This document shows positions 20,196 to 30,612 of a DNA stretch of 64,000 nt, piece after piece; the first letter of the stretch is position 1; every line of letters starts with the position of its first letter. The stretch lies in the NCBI GenBank assembly GCA_016930515.1, contig JAFGGO010000061.1, positions 44,172-108,171 on the forward strand, given 5' to 3'. The position numbers and the translations under genes are program-made. The notes below the pieces were generated by a model. The model saw nothing but the letters and a program-made list of their open reading frames with translations, was not told the DNA's origin and made no database searches. This DNA comes from Promethearchaeota archaeon. Its GTDB lineage: Archaea > Asgardarchaeota > Lokiarchaeia > Sigyniarchaeales > SOKP01.

Positions 20196-21362
20196 ATGAT
20201 AAATAATTCCCCTAACAATTTGTCATTGAAAGATTATCAGACAATAATAAAATCATTGGGTGATCTCGTGACTATTATTGATTCCAACTTGAAGATTGAA
20301 TACATAAACGAAGATTCGCACTTAAAACTATTAAATCGCTCCAAAGAAGAGCTTTTAGGCGTTTCTATTGAGAAGATCATTTATTACAAAGACTTTAACG
20401 ATTTTTTGGATAATTTTAAAAAAGCTATAAAAGACGGGGAAAGAACAATAGATGTGAGGTTTTTACGCAAGGATAAGCACAAATTATGGTTCGAGAGCAA
20501 GCTTAAGTATCTAAATGAGTTTGAATTTAATTCAAAAATTTTAGTTGTTTCAAGAGAAATTACAGAGAGAAAAAATGTCGAAAAATTTATAAGCGAAATG
20601 TCTGAGAGAAGAAAAACAGAAGAGATTATAAAAAAAGAAATAGAAAAAGTCAAAGAATTCACCAAGATAAGGAAGGCCTTGATTTCAAGCATAAGTCACG
20701 AGTTAAAAACGCCCCTAATGTCCATTAACGGCGCAAGTGAGCTACTCTTGCAAATATATTGTGAGGAGCTTGGTAAGGACGCCAAGGAATTGATCCAGAT
20801 GGTAGCGAGAGGGGGAGAAAGACTTGAATATCTCATAGGTAATCTCATGGATGTATCACGGATGGATTACGACAAGCTTAAATTGGAAAAATCGCAAGAG
20901 GACCTTTGCGATATTTTAAACAGTTGTTCACGAGAAATGCAATACCAGTTAAATCAACGAGAAATACAACTTCATATAGAATTACCGAATGCGTTTGCAA
21001 TTGAATTGGATAGAATTCGAATAGAGCAAGTCATAACAAATCTCCTGCTGAATGCGATTAAAAACACTCCTCCTAAAGGCGAAATATTTGTAAACATCAA
21101 TGCAGGAAAAGATTATGTTTGGATTTACATTAAGGATACGGGCATTGGCCTTACACAAGAGGAAATACAGCAATTATTTACGGAGTTTGGGAAAATAGAA
21201 AGGTCGGGAGAGGGTTTTGAATATTTAGATATTCAGGGATCTGGTCTAGGATTGTTCATAACAAAACAAATTGTCGAGATGCACGATGGTGAGATTTCGG
21301 CAATGTCAGAAGGGCGACACAAGGGATCTACATTTATCGTTAAATTACCTCGAAAAGCATGA
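20196..21362 (+). CDS. PAS-domain sensor histidine kinase
   Basis: PAS domain, SHELKTPL H-box, NAIK, DTGIG and GSGLGL; no adjacent response regulator. Confidence 0.93.
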   Translation: MINNSPNNLSLKDYQTIIKSLGDLVTIIDSNLKIEYINEDSHLKLLNRSKEELLGVSIEKIIYYKDFNDFLDNFKKAIKDGERTIDVRFLRKDKHKLWFESKLKYLNEFEFNSKILVVSREITERKNVEKFISEMSERRKTEEIIKKEIEKVKEFTKIRKALISSISHELKTPLMSINGASELLLQIYCEELGKDAKELIQMVARGGERLEYLIGNLMDVSRMDYDKLKLEKSQEDLCDILNSCSREMQYQLNQREIQLHIELPNAFAIELDRIRIEQVITNLLLNAIKNTPPKGEIFVNINAGKDYVWIYIKDTGIGLTQEEIQQLFTEFGKIERSGEGFEYLDIQGSGLGLFITKQIVEMHDGEISAMSEGRHKGSTFIVKLPRKA

Positions 21363-21485
21363 AAAAAGCTTGAAATTAAGAAAAAATGATAGAATCATAA
21401 GAATCCATCGAAAAATTATATATAATTCGTAAAATTCCAAGGAGTTGCAATAGATTGAAATAACTTGTTGCTTTTGATTAATATT

Positions 21486-22316
21486 ATGTCAAACGAAAGT
21501 GGATATTTCGAAGGAAGAGAAACAACCAAGCTTTTTTATCAATATTGGCTCCCTGATCCACGAGAGATCAAAGCATTTATAATTGCCCTTCACGATTGGG
21601 GAACTCATTCGGATAGAATTACGTTACCAGCGCAGTTTTTAACTGAAAAGGGATACGCCATTTACGCCTTCGATATAAGGGGCCATTGGAGAAATGCGGG
21701 TCAGAATCCCGGCCATATTATTAGTATGTTCGATCATGTCCAGAAAGACATCGTTTTATTCATGGATGTTGTTAAAAAAGATGCAGGAGATAAAAAAGTT
21801 TTTCTAATGGGAGAAGGATTTGGTGGATTAGCTGCTCTTATTTACGCCATCATGCACCCACAACTCGATGGCGTCATTGCCTCGTCTCCAGAACTTGGTC
21901 TTCTCGATAAATTACCTGCAAGTAAAAAGGTTGAGGCAAAATTAAACCCATCTAAGATCGTAAAATATGAGATAAATCAGAAAGTGTTAACTAGCGATCT
22001 TAAAATATTGAAGAAACATTTTGCGGATAAAAACAAGATCGAGGTCATTTCTGCCGAGACTGCTGCAGATAGGGTCGCTTCAGCAAAGTGGGCATTAGCT
22101 AATGCCAATAACCTTGCTTGTAGCGCATTAATACTGCAAGCAGGTCAAGATAGGATCGTTGACAAGAAAAAAACGAAAAAGTTTTACGATAAAGCAAGAA
22201 GTCTGGACAAGAAATACCAAGAGTACGACGAGTTCTATCACGAGTTATGGCAGGAACGTGGAAGAGAGCAAGTATATCGAGACATATTCGTTTGGCTCGA
22301 ACAGCACTTAAAATAA
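21486..22316 (+). CDS. lysophospholipase/monoacylglycerol-lipase-fold protein lacking the nucleophile Ser
   Basis: DIRGHW, QDRIV and YHEL are present; the nucleophile elbow reads GEGFGG. Confidence 0.85.
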   Translation: MSNESGYFEGRETTKLFYQYWLPDPREIKAFIIALHDWGTHSDRITLPAQFLTEKGYAIYAFDIRGHWRNAGQNPGHIISMFDHVQKDIVLFMDVVKKDAGDKKVFLMGEGFGGLAALIYAIMHPQLDGVIASSPELGLLDKLPASKKVEAKLNPSKIVKYEINQKVLTSDLKILKKHFADKNKIEVISAETAADRVASAKWALANANNLACSALILQAGQDRIVDKKKTKKFYDKARSLDKKYQEYDEFYHELWQERGREQVYRDIFVWLEQHLK

Positions 22317-22321
22317 AAAAA

Positions 22322-23107
22322 TCAGGTATATTTTTTATACATGTTTTTTATGAAATCGTCTAATTCCTTCATTGATTTCTTCGGATCGTAAGCGAGACTT
22401 GCGCATTCATCCTCAAGATCAAACCACTTGCCAATTTGCTCTTTACTCATCATTGCCGTCATCGACTTGTATGTGAATAAAAACGCACTATTTAAGTTTC
22501 CTAGTTGTTTTGCGTAGTTAAGCGTTTCTTCCTCGATTTTGTCCAGCGGAAATACAAGCGAAGGAAAATTTATATTCTTTAAATCCTCGAGAGAGGCCCT
22601 TTTATTAGTAAACATTAGGTTTTTAGCGTATGTGGCTCCAAAAGCCAATAACGGCATTATTGAAGCCCCAGTTTGAGGAAAAGCGCTGATATAAAGCTCA
22701 GGTAATTGAATGAAAAGTTCCTCTTTAGGTCTATCTGCAAAAATTCTTATATCAGAGGCAACAGTAATTAGAACGCCAAAACCAACCGCTATGCCTTGGA
22801 TTTGAGTTATTACAGGTTTTTTCATCAGCATGATATACTCGTTTACTTTTCTCCCCAATTCGGCGACTATCTTGCTTTTCTCAGGGTTCCCCTTCACTTC
22901 TTTGAGGTCATATCCAGCAGAAAAAAATCGATCACCCACGCTACGGACTAAAACGCAATTAACTGCCTCGTTTTCATCAGATTTAACGATGTAATCATAG
23001 ATATCCTGTAACATCGAACTTGTCACCGAATTGGCTTTATCAGGTCTGTTGATAGTGATTATTGCAACTTTTTCTTCAACCTTATATTGTATGAGATCTT
23101 CACTCAT
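22322..23107 (-). CDS. enoyl-CoA hydratase/isomerase family protein
   Basis: ITINRPDKANS, FFSAGYDL, KPVI..IQG.AVG.G and PE motifs. Confidence 0.9.
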   Translation of the reverse strand: MSEDLIQYKVEEKVAIITINRPDKANSVTSSMLQDIYDYIVKSDENEAVNCVLVRSVGDRFFSAGYDLKEVKGNPEKSKIVAELGRKVNEYIMLMKKPVITQIQGIAVGFGVLITVASDIRIFADRPKEELFIQLPELYISAFPQTGASIMPLLAFGATYAKNLMFTNKRASLEDLKNINFPSLVFPLDKIEEETLNYAKQLGNLNSAFLFTYKSMTAMMSKEQIGKWFDLEDECASLAYDPKKSMKELDDFIKNMYKKYT

Positions 23108-23426
23108 GATAGTGTGTAAAAGGTGGCTTTTTATTAATGTTTTAGCCAAAGTTAATTTTTAAGATCTTTTATAAAAACTTTTTAAGTTAAAAATGTGAAA
23201 CAAATTCCTAGCGCGCTTCGCTATCAATGAAGTTGTTTATAATAAGGAATATATTGATAATATCTTTATTTTAAGACTTTTTAAAAAACTATTATTAAAA
23301 TAACGACAAATTATTAGTCTCCTTATATTATTAACTCAGAATTAACATAGATTTATTTTGATATTGAATTAATGATCTTAAATTAGTAAGTTAGAATTTA
23401 CATTTTAAAAGATTCAAGTAATTAAA

Positions 23427-26180
23427 ATGACTCTGGACGATATAAACATAGATGATCTCACCCCAATGATGAAGCATTGGGCGTCTATTAAATTAAAATA
23501 TCCTGAACACTTGTTAGCGTACCGAATGGGAGACTTTTTCGAATTTTTTTACGACGATGCTGAAAAGATCTCCAAACTCATTGGAATTACTCTTACGAAG
23601 AGAAAGATTGGAAATAGCGCGTATCCCCTTGCTGGTATACCCCATCATTCTGTTAAAAATCACTTTAATAACCTCATAAAACAAGGACAGACCGTGGTCA
23701 TTGTTGAGCAACTCGAAGATCCCACAACCGTGAAAGGACGAATTGTGAAAAGAGGGGTCACGAGAATTCTTTCTCCTGGCACCATAATTGATTTTGACAT
23801 GTTAAAATTAGACAAGAACAATTATATATCCTCGATGGTTAGGGGAAAACACGGCTATGGAGTTGCGTTTGCAGATCTTTCTACGGGGGAGTTTGTCACA
23901 AAAGAATTTACTTCGAAGGAAGGCGATCCTCTTGAAAAGCTTCTGAGCACGGTCTCTCAATACGATCCCGTAGAAATCGTAGTGCCATCGGATTTTAAAA
24001 AGGATGAGAAAACATTTGTTGTCCTGACAGATTTAACGGACGCTGTTATAAAAACTCTTGATGATCAAATTTTCGATTTTAACCAAGCAAGCGAAACAAT
24101 AGTGAATCATTTTAATTTGTCAAATTTGGCTGGATTTGGGTTAGAAAATTCCATACTAGCGGTTCAGGCAGCAGGTGGCCTTTTAAAATTTTTAAAAGAA
24201 ACGCAAATGGAGATGTTACCCAATATTTTCAAGATTTTACTCTTACAAGACACAAGTCAGTTACATTTAGATTATGTGACTCAACGAAACTTGGAGTTAG
24301 TATCGTCATTATGGGAAAAGGGCAAGGACACATCATTGTTCTCCATATTTAATGACACTTATACACCAATGGGGGCGCGATTACTAAAAAAAATAATCCT
24401 TCAACCCCTCTTAAATATAAATGAAATAAATCAAAGACTTAACATCGTAGAGAAGTTCAAGAATGATGTTTTTCTTAGGACGGAATTAAGAGAACAATTA
24501 AAAATAATAGGTGACTTAGAGCGATATATCAATCGAATAAATTATTCCAATCGTTCAAACGCTCGAGATTTGTTAAATGTAAAGGAATCCTTAGAAAACA
24601 TCCCAAAGATAAAAGATTTGTTAATAAAAGCAAACATTTCCGAAATTGCAGCATATTTAGAGAAAATCAACGATTTTAAGACCTTAAGAACTCTAATTGA
24701 AGTTTCAATCCACGAAGAACCCCCTCTTACAATAACGGAAGGCGGTATCATTAAAGACGGATTTAACGAGAAGGTTGATGATCTAAGAGATGTTTTAAAC
24801 AATGGCATGCAATATGTTCTTACCTATGAGGAAAATTTAAAAAATAAATGGAACATAAACACGGGGCTCAAAATCAGTCATAATAATATTTTAGGATATT
24901 ATATTCAAATAACACATAATACTTTAAAATCAATTGAAAACCTACCATTGGATTTTAACGAACGGGCTACCCTAAAAAATGCAAAACGATACACCACGCC
25001 TGAATTAAAAAAGATCGAAGAAAAAATATTAACGGCACGAGAACAAATTAGCGATGTAGAATATGAAATATTTTGCACCATCAGAGATAAAGTCGTGGAG
25101 CAAACTAATGATATTTTGGAAACAGCTAAAGCGTTAGCCTATATAGATGTATTATCCTGTTTTGCTGAAAATGCCGAAAGATATGGATATTGCAGGCCAA
25201 TAATGTCTGATGACTTGAAGATAGATATAAAAGAAGGTAGACATCCCGTAGTAGAACGCTTGAATGTTGACGAGGCTTTTATACCAAACGATTGTTATTT
25301 AGATACTGAAAGCGAACAAGTACTCATAATAACGGGGCCCAACATGTCGGGAAAAAGTACAATTCTTCGTCAGGTCGCCCTAACCTGCATCCTGGCTCAA
25401 ATGGGTAGTTTTGTGCCAGCAAAATCAGCCTATATTGGAGTAATAGATCAAGTATTCACGAGAATAGGCGCATCGGACGATTTAGCGCGAAAATTAAGTA
25501 CCTTCATGATAGAGATGACCGAAACTGCGAAGATTCTTAATTACGCCACTCCCAAGAGCTTGGTAATCATCGATGAATTAGGAAGAGGAACCAGTACCAG
25601 CGATGGACAAAGTATTGCATTGGCCACCCTTGAAACTCTCCATCAAATGAAAATCAAAACGCTCTTTAGTACCCATTATCACCAGCTCACGGAAATAAAA
25701 TTACCTCGAGTGAGGAACTATCATTTAGACATCATCGAAAACGAAGACGGTTCCATTAATTTCGTAAGAAAGCTCCGACCGGGAAGTACGGATAAATCTT
25801 ACGGAATACATGTAGCCAAGCTTGCCGGGATTCCCGATGCCGTGATAAAAAGAGCTTTTGGAATTTTAGAGGAAATAGAGAAAAACGATCCTTTCAAGAC
25901 CACCGTAAGAGAAAAGGGAGGAAACTCCAATGAAAAAAAAAAAATCCAAAAGAAAGATAATAAATATAAAGGAACTTTCAACTCTGCAGAAGAACGTCAG
26001 AAGAAATTAGTCCAAACCTCCTTCTTCCGCCCTATCGTCAAAACTGAAGCATCTCTGAACGGTAAGCTTAAAAGATTAATTGAAATTGTTGAAAATATGG
26101 ATATAGAGAACTTAACACCCGTTGACGCCATGAAAAAATTGATACGACTTAAAGAAGAATTACTTTCAAACAAAAACTAA
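23427..26180 (+). CDS. mutS: DNA mismatch repair protein MutS (MutS1)
   Basis: TPMM, RMGDFFEFF, GPNMSGKST, STFM.EM and DELGRGTS motifs. Confidence 0.97.
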   Translation: MTLDDINIDDLTPMMKHWASIKLKYPEHLLAYRMGDFFEFFYDDAEKISKLIGITLTKRKIGNSAYPLAGIPHHSVKNHFNNLIKQGQTVVIVEQLEDPTTVKGRIVKRGVTRILSPGTIIDFDMLKLDKNNYISSMVRGKHGYGVAFADLSTGEFVTKEFTSKEGDPLEKLLSTVSQYDPVEIVVPSDFKKDEKTFVVLTDLTDAVIKTLDDQIFDFNQASETIVNHFNLSNLAGFGLENSILAVQAAGGLLKFLKETQMEMLPNIFKILLLQDTSQLHLDYVTQRNLELVSSLWEKGKDTSLFSIFNDTYTPMGARLLKKIILQPLLNINEINQRLNIVEKFKNDVFLRTELREQLKIIGDLERYINRINYSNRSNARDLLNVKESLENIPKIKDLLIKANISEIAAYLEKINDFKTLRTLIEVSIHEEPPLTITEGGIIKDGFNEKVDDLRDVLNNGMQYVLTYEENLKNKWNINTGLKISHNNILGYYIQITHNTLKSIENLPLDFNERATLKNAKRYTTPELKKIEEKILTAREQISDVEYEIFCTIRDKVVEQTNDILETAKALAYIDVLSCFAENAERYGYCRPIMSDDLKIDIKEGRHPVVERLNVDEAFIPNDCYLDTESEQVLIITGPNMSGKSTILRQVALTCILAQMGSFVPAKSAYIGVIDQVFTRIGASDDLARKLSTFMIEMTETAKILNYATPKSLVIIDELGRGTSTSDGQSIALATLETLHQMKIKTLFSTHYHQLTEIKLPRVRNYHLDIIENEDGSINFVRKLRPGSTDKSYGIHVAKLAGIPDAVIKRAFGILEEIEKNDPFKTTVREKGGNSNEKKKIQKKDNKYKGTFNSAEERQKKLVQTSFFRPIVKTEASLNGKLKRLIEIVENMDIENLTPVDAMKKLIRLKEELLSNKN

Positions 26181-26189
26181 AAATCTATC

Positions 26190-28070
26190 ATGTTGCGTAA
26201 GAAAATCGAAAGGATAATTGAGGCAGAAAAAATCGCTGCAGGAGAGGTTATTGAACGCCCAGCGAATGTAGTAAAAGAATTAATCGAAAATTCTATCGAT
26301 GCGGGAGCGAATGAAATTAAATTAATCGTAAAAAAGGCAGGAAAGTACCTTATACAATTAATAGACAATGGATTTGGGATTTCACCAGAAGAAATAGAAT
26401 TTGCGTTTGAACGCCATACAAGCAGTAAAATTAGGAGCATTGATGACTTAGACAGTCTTGAAACCTTAGGATTTAGAGGAGAAGCATTGGCGAGCATTGC
26501 TGCTGTAAGTCGGGTTGAAATAACATCAAGGACGATCGAGAACGATCTTGGAGTGCAATTAATAATCGAAGGTGGAGAGGTGAAAAATAAAAATCTGGTA
26601 GATTCCCCAATTGGCACTAATATAAAAGTCAAAAATCTTTTTTACAACATTCCCGCTCGTCAAAAGTTCCTCAAGGCAGATACCACGGAGCTAGGACACA
26701 TTTCAGATATCGTTCAAAGATACGCCCTTTCCTATCCAGAGAGGCATTTTATATTTCGTCACAACGAAATAGATGTGTTGAATTGTCCTGCGAATAACGA
26801 TTTAAAGACCACGGTCTTTCACATCTATGGGAAGAATATTGCAAACAATACAGAAAAGATCGACCATAACGACATTGATATTGAAGTTAATGGGCTCATT
26901 GGGCACGGTAAGATTTCTCAGAAGGATAAAAACGTTTCCAGCGCATTTATCAACCATAGATATGTGAAAAGCGAAACGATATTCAAGGCAATAAAGGAGG
27001 CTTATAAAGGAACCTTGATGATTGGAAGAAATCCCTTTTATGTTCTTAACTTTAGATTAGATCCGTCCGTTATTGACTTTAATGTTCACCCAAAAAAATT
27101 GCTTGTGCGATTCGAAGATGAGGAATACATCTACAACAAGATTTACAACATCTTAAGAGGATTTGTCGAAGAAAACTTTATTTCTAAAGAAGCAAAATAT
27201 ATCGATACTCAGTTAAACGAATTCGTAAGTAAAACAGTCAGATTTCAAAATCAAAAAAAACAACTTACTGAAATAAAACATAAAAACCCTATAAAAGAGA
27301 TTAGTCAAAAAATTGTAAATAAACCGACATTAAAAGGAGAAATATTTGAAAAAGAACCCAACCAGCTCGAATTAATTAGACCAGATCGAGATGACAATCT
27401 CGAAGAAATAGAATCCAATCATATATTATCTAATAACCACTATAAGCCCTCAAAGAACCTTCCACATTTAAAACTTATCTCTAAATCGGGACAATTAAGC
27501 AATAACACTTATATTATATTAGAAGGCCATAATGAAGACGATGAGGAAGGAATATATATTCTAGATCAACACGCGGCTTCTGAAAGAATAAACAAGGAAA
27601 TTCTTTTAAAATCTTGCGATAACAGAAATAACTCTAAAAAACAGGGACTTATTTCTCCTTATAAAGTGGATGTTGCTCCTAGTGATAAGTTCTTTCTACG
27701 GGAAAATTTAGAAGATTTTAAAAGATTAGGATTTAATTTCGAACATTTTGGAGGGAATACCTTCGTTCTAAGGGAAATCCCCACAATAATGGAAAAGACA
27801 CCTCCCATTGACATAGTGAAAGATATGGTTTCAGATATTGCAAAAATTGGAAAAGATAAGAGTTTTGAGAATGTTAAAGAAGAGATAATTAATTACCTTG
27901 CATGTCATAAAAGCATCAGAGGAGGAGACCAAATGAACCCCACAGATGTAAAAAAACTCCTTATTGACCTATTCAAGACAAATGATCCATTCCATTGCGC
28001 TCACGGAAGACCAACCTTAAAATTCATATCTTTTAAAGAATTAGATAAGCTTTTCAAGAGATCGGTTTAA
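26190..28070 (+). CDS. mutL: DNA mismatch repair endonuclease MutL
   Basis: IAAGEVIERP, GFRGEAL, DQHAASER, ACH and CAHGRP motifs. Confidence 0.97.
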   Translation: MLRKKIERIIEAEKIAAGEVIERPANVVKELIENSIDAGANEIKLIVKKAGKYLIQLIDNGFGISPEEIEFAFERHTSSKIRSIDDLDSLETLGFRGEALASIAAVSRVEITSRTIENDLGVQLIIEGGEVKNKNLVDSPIGTNIKVKNLFYNIPARQKFLKADTTELGHISDIVQRYALSYPERHFIFRHNEIDVLNCPANNDLKTTVFHIYGKNIANNTEKIDHNDIDIEVNGLIGHGKISQKDKNVSSAFINHRYVKSETIFKAIKEAYKGTLMIGRNPFYVLNFRLDPSVIDFNVHPKKLLVRFEDEEYIYNKIYNILRGFVEENFISKEAKYIDTQLNEFVSKTVRFQNQKKQLTEIKHKNPIKEISQKIVNKPTLKGEIFEKEPNQLELIRPDRDDNLEEIESNHILSNNHYKPSKNLPHLKLISKSGQLSNNTYIILEGHNEDDEEGIYILDQHAASERINKEILLKSCDNRNNSKKQGLISPYKVDVAPSDKFFLRENLEDFKRLGFNFEHFGGNTFVLREIPTIMEKTPPIDIVKDMVSDIAKIGKDKSFENVKEEIINYLACHKSIRGGDQMNPTDVKKLLIDLFKTNDPFHCAHGRPTLKFISFKELDKLFKRSV

Positions 28071-28171
28071 ATGGTCTAGCATAGGTGTCGCAGTACAAAT
28101 GTTTTTATGCATCTTTTTTTACTATTTTATAAATAGATACCCAACCATATTATCATCCACCACCAATCGGA

Positions 28172-29845
28172 TTGACCCAAACCGTGACTCCTAAGGATAA
28201 ACAAAAAAAAGAAAAGGAAAACAAGACCAACAAGAGAGAAACCGTTGAACAAGATATTATGAAAGAAGAGCAGGATTCCCTTGGTGTCAACGATCAAAAT
28301 ATGGTCGAAGATATGAAGTTCGCGCCCTTGGACCAATACAACAATGGAGACTCAAATGATATTAACAAACTAATTGCTTTAAAAGAGGAGCATTATTCAA
28401 GACAAGAATACGGTGACGCAATAATCTTAGCAGAACAGATCATCCGTATGGCAAGGAAAAACGAGAAAAAAGACCTCGTTCAAGAGCACGAAAAATTCAT
28501 TACGAAAGTCCATAAGGATATGAAAAAAAAATTCGCCAATGTGAATGTGGAAGATATTTTTAGAGAATTATCCGAACTCAAGGAGAAGCACGAATTTAAT
28601 TTAAGATTTGAAGACGCAATAAATGTTGCTCGAAAAATCATTCATATTGCGTTAGTGACTAAAAAGAAGGATGTCATCGTAGAACAAGAAGAATATATCA
28701 AGGATATAAAACAAAAGATCAAACAAAAACCTTCCAAACTCGAATTGGTAGAAAAAATTGAGAAACTTAAAGGTATTAAGCAAGAACATGTGGTAAAAGG
28801 AGAGGAAGCAAAAGCTATTGAAGTTGCAAGGCAAATAATTGAGATCGCAAAAATAGCATCAATAGAATTGGTAGTAGAAGAAGAGGAAAAATATATTAAG
28901 TCAATTAAAGAACTGTGGGATAAAGAAAACTTCGTTTCCAGGGCAATAAACGATTTAAAAGATCAAAAATCTGATTACGACATATTAATCAAATATAATG
29001 CTTTAAAGGAAGCCCACCAAATGATAGAAGACTTTTCAACGAAATACCAAGAATATCCTGAAATATTTTCGGATCCATATGTAAAGGAATTTATAACGGA
29101 AGATAATAAAAAGTGGGTTAAATATAGCGTTTCAACAGACAAGTCCGGAGATGAGGAGCTCGGGGAAGCAGGAAGAAAAAAGATCGTAAAGTTGGAACTA
29201 GAAATAGTTAAAATCGAAGAAGAAAAATCAAGATTAAGGAGAGAATTGGGAAAACTTAAAAGAAAATTGGAATATTCTGAACTTGGACAACTTAAATTAG
29301 AATTAGATAAAAAAAATGCAGAATTAGAGATTTTCAAAAAAAGGTTGGAAACTCAAGAGCAAAGATTCGAGGAGCGCGAGGAAAATCAAAAAGATAATAT
29401 TGAAAAAGAAAAACAAGAAATCGAACTCAATAGAGCTCAACTAGAAGAAGAAAAAACGAGGTTAAAATTAGAAGCTTTAAAACTCGAAAAATCTAAAAAT
29501 TTTGAAGACGACGAGAAAACATTCGTTCAACTAGAAAAAACAGAACTCGAGGAGGAGAGGCAAAGATTAACAACAGAAATAACGAGACTCATGGAAGACA
29601 AGGAGCATTTACAAAGAGAACAAATGATATTTGAACGAGATATGGAAGAAAGAGAGAGACAATTGGAAGAAAAAACAAAAAAAATCGAAGAAAAACAAAC
29701 GGAGCTTAATACAGAAGTGAGAAAATTCGAAGAAGACAAGGAGAAATTCGAATGGGATAAATTAAAACTCGAAGAAGAGAAAAAGAAGCTCGAAGAAGAT
29801 AAGCAAAAAGTACAAGAAATAAAACAAAAACTAATGGACTTGTAA
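28172..29845 (+). CDS. helical-repeat plus long coiled-coil protein (start uncertain)
   Basis: Three N-terminal helical repeats followed by an E/K-rich heptad region. Confidence 0.75.
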   Translation: MTQTVTPKDKQKKEKENKTNKRETVEQDIMKEEQDSLGVNDQNMVEDMKFAPLDQYNNGDSNDINKLIALKEEHYSRQEYGDAIILAEQIIRMARKNEKKDLVQEHEKFITKVHKDMKKKFANVNVEDIFRELSELKEKHEFNLRFEDAINVARKIIHIALVTKKKDVIVEQEEYIKDIKQKIKQKPSKLELVEKIEKLKGIKQEHVVKGEEAKAIEVARQIIEIAKIASIELVVEEEEKYIKSIKELWDKENFVSRAINDLKDQKSDYDILIKYNALKEAHQMIEDFSTKYQEYPEIFSDPYVKEFITEDNKKWVKYSVSTDKSGDEELGEAGRKKIVKLELEIVKIEEEKSRLRRELGKLKRKLEYSELGQLKLELDKKNAELEIFKKRLETQEQRFEEREENQKDNIEKEKQEIELNRAQLEEEKTRLKLEALKLEKSKNFEDDEKTFVQLEKTELEEERQRLTTEITRLMEDKEHLQREQMIFERDMEERERQLEEKTKKIEEKQTELNTEVRKFEEDKEKFEWDKLKLEEEKKKLEEDKQKVQEIKQKLMDL

Positions 29846-29912
29846 GGGATCAAAAAAATAATAAAGCTAATGCTTCAAGTTAGCAAATTTTATAAGTAAA
29901 GTTAAGTTTAAA

Positions 29913-30182
29913 TTACGCCTTGGAAAAACCTAGAGCTTCAATTCCTTGAATGCCCTCAACCTGATTCAATAATTCTTCAAGTTTATCTGTTCCGCCCCAT
30001 TCTTCAGGATATCTAATGCGAGCGCGAATCTTTTTCAAACCGAAAGCAACTGGCATTATGTCATAGTGTTCGATTGTACATGAGTCCGGGAGAGTTTTTT
30101 TTAAGGTTTCTGCTAGTTCGTCAAATTCCGTGTCAGTATCTTCCGGAATTATATCAATTAACGCAATATATTCTTTTCCCAT
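29913..30182 (-). CDS. ef1b: translation elongation factor 1-beta
   Basis: PVAFGLK motif, GGTD.LEE, 89 aa. Confidence 0.93.
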   Translation of the reverse strand: MGKEYIALIDIIPEDTDTEFDELAETLKKTLPDSCTIEHYDIMPVAFGLKKIRARIRYPEEWGGTDKLEELLNQVEGIQGIEALGFSKA

Positions 30183-30216
30183 AGTATTAATACCTCTCTA
30201 TTAAGTATAAGCTGGT

Positions 30217-30393
30217 TTAGGGCCCTTCAAACTCACACTTCAAGCACTTGTAAGTTTTTCCCATATCTCTACAACGTTCACATCTCCAAATCGTCACGTC
30301 TCCACAGGAAGGGCACGGAAAGTGAACAGCAGCTTCAAAGGGTGCGATAGGCCGACCACAACACATACAAAGGTTTTTTTTTAACGACGACAT
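30217..30393 (-). CDS. HVO_2753/DUF1610-family Zn-finger microprotein (not in ORF track)
   Basis: MSSLKKNLCMCCGRPIAPFEAAVHFPCPSCGDVTIWRCERCRDMGKTYKCLKCEFEGP*; conserved archaeal position upstream of EF-1beta. Confidence 0.92.
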   Translation of the reverse strand: MSSLKKNLCMCCGRPIAPFEAAVHFPCPSCGDVTIWRCERCRDMGKTYKCLKCEFEGP

Positions 30394-30612
30394 CGATAAA
30401 GCATATCTTTTATTTGATAATCTATGAGGATTAAAATATAAAATAACTTTAATTATTTTTGGTTTTTAATGTCGTCCATTACAGTATGAGGATTTGAACG
30501 AAAACCAGTTAATCACGCGAAGAAAAATAGATTAATAAGTAATCGTGATTTTAATATAGACTATCGAACAATCTAATACTTCTAAAAAATTTCAAAAAAA
30601 GGGTGCAAGCTC

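Noticed and set aside
23427-28070. Dam/MutH-type link between mutSL and the GATC arrays
   Set aside because: MutL has its own endonuclease motifs, and no mutH or dam is seen.
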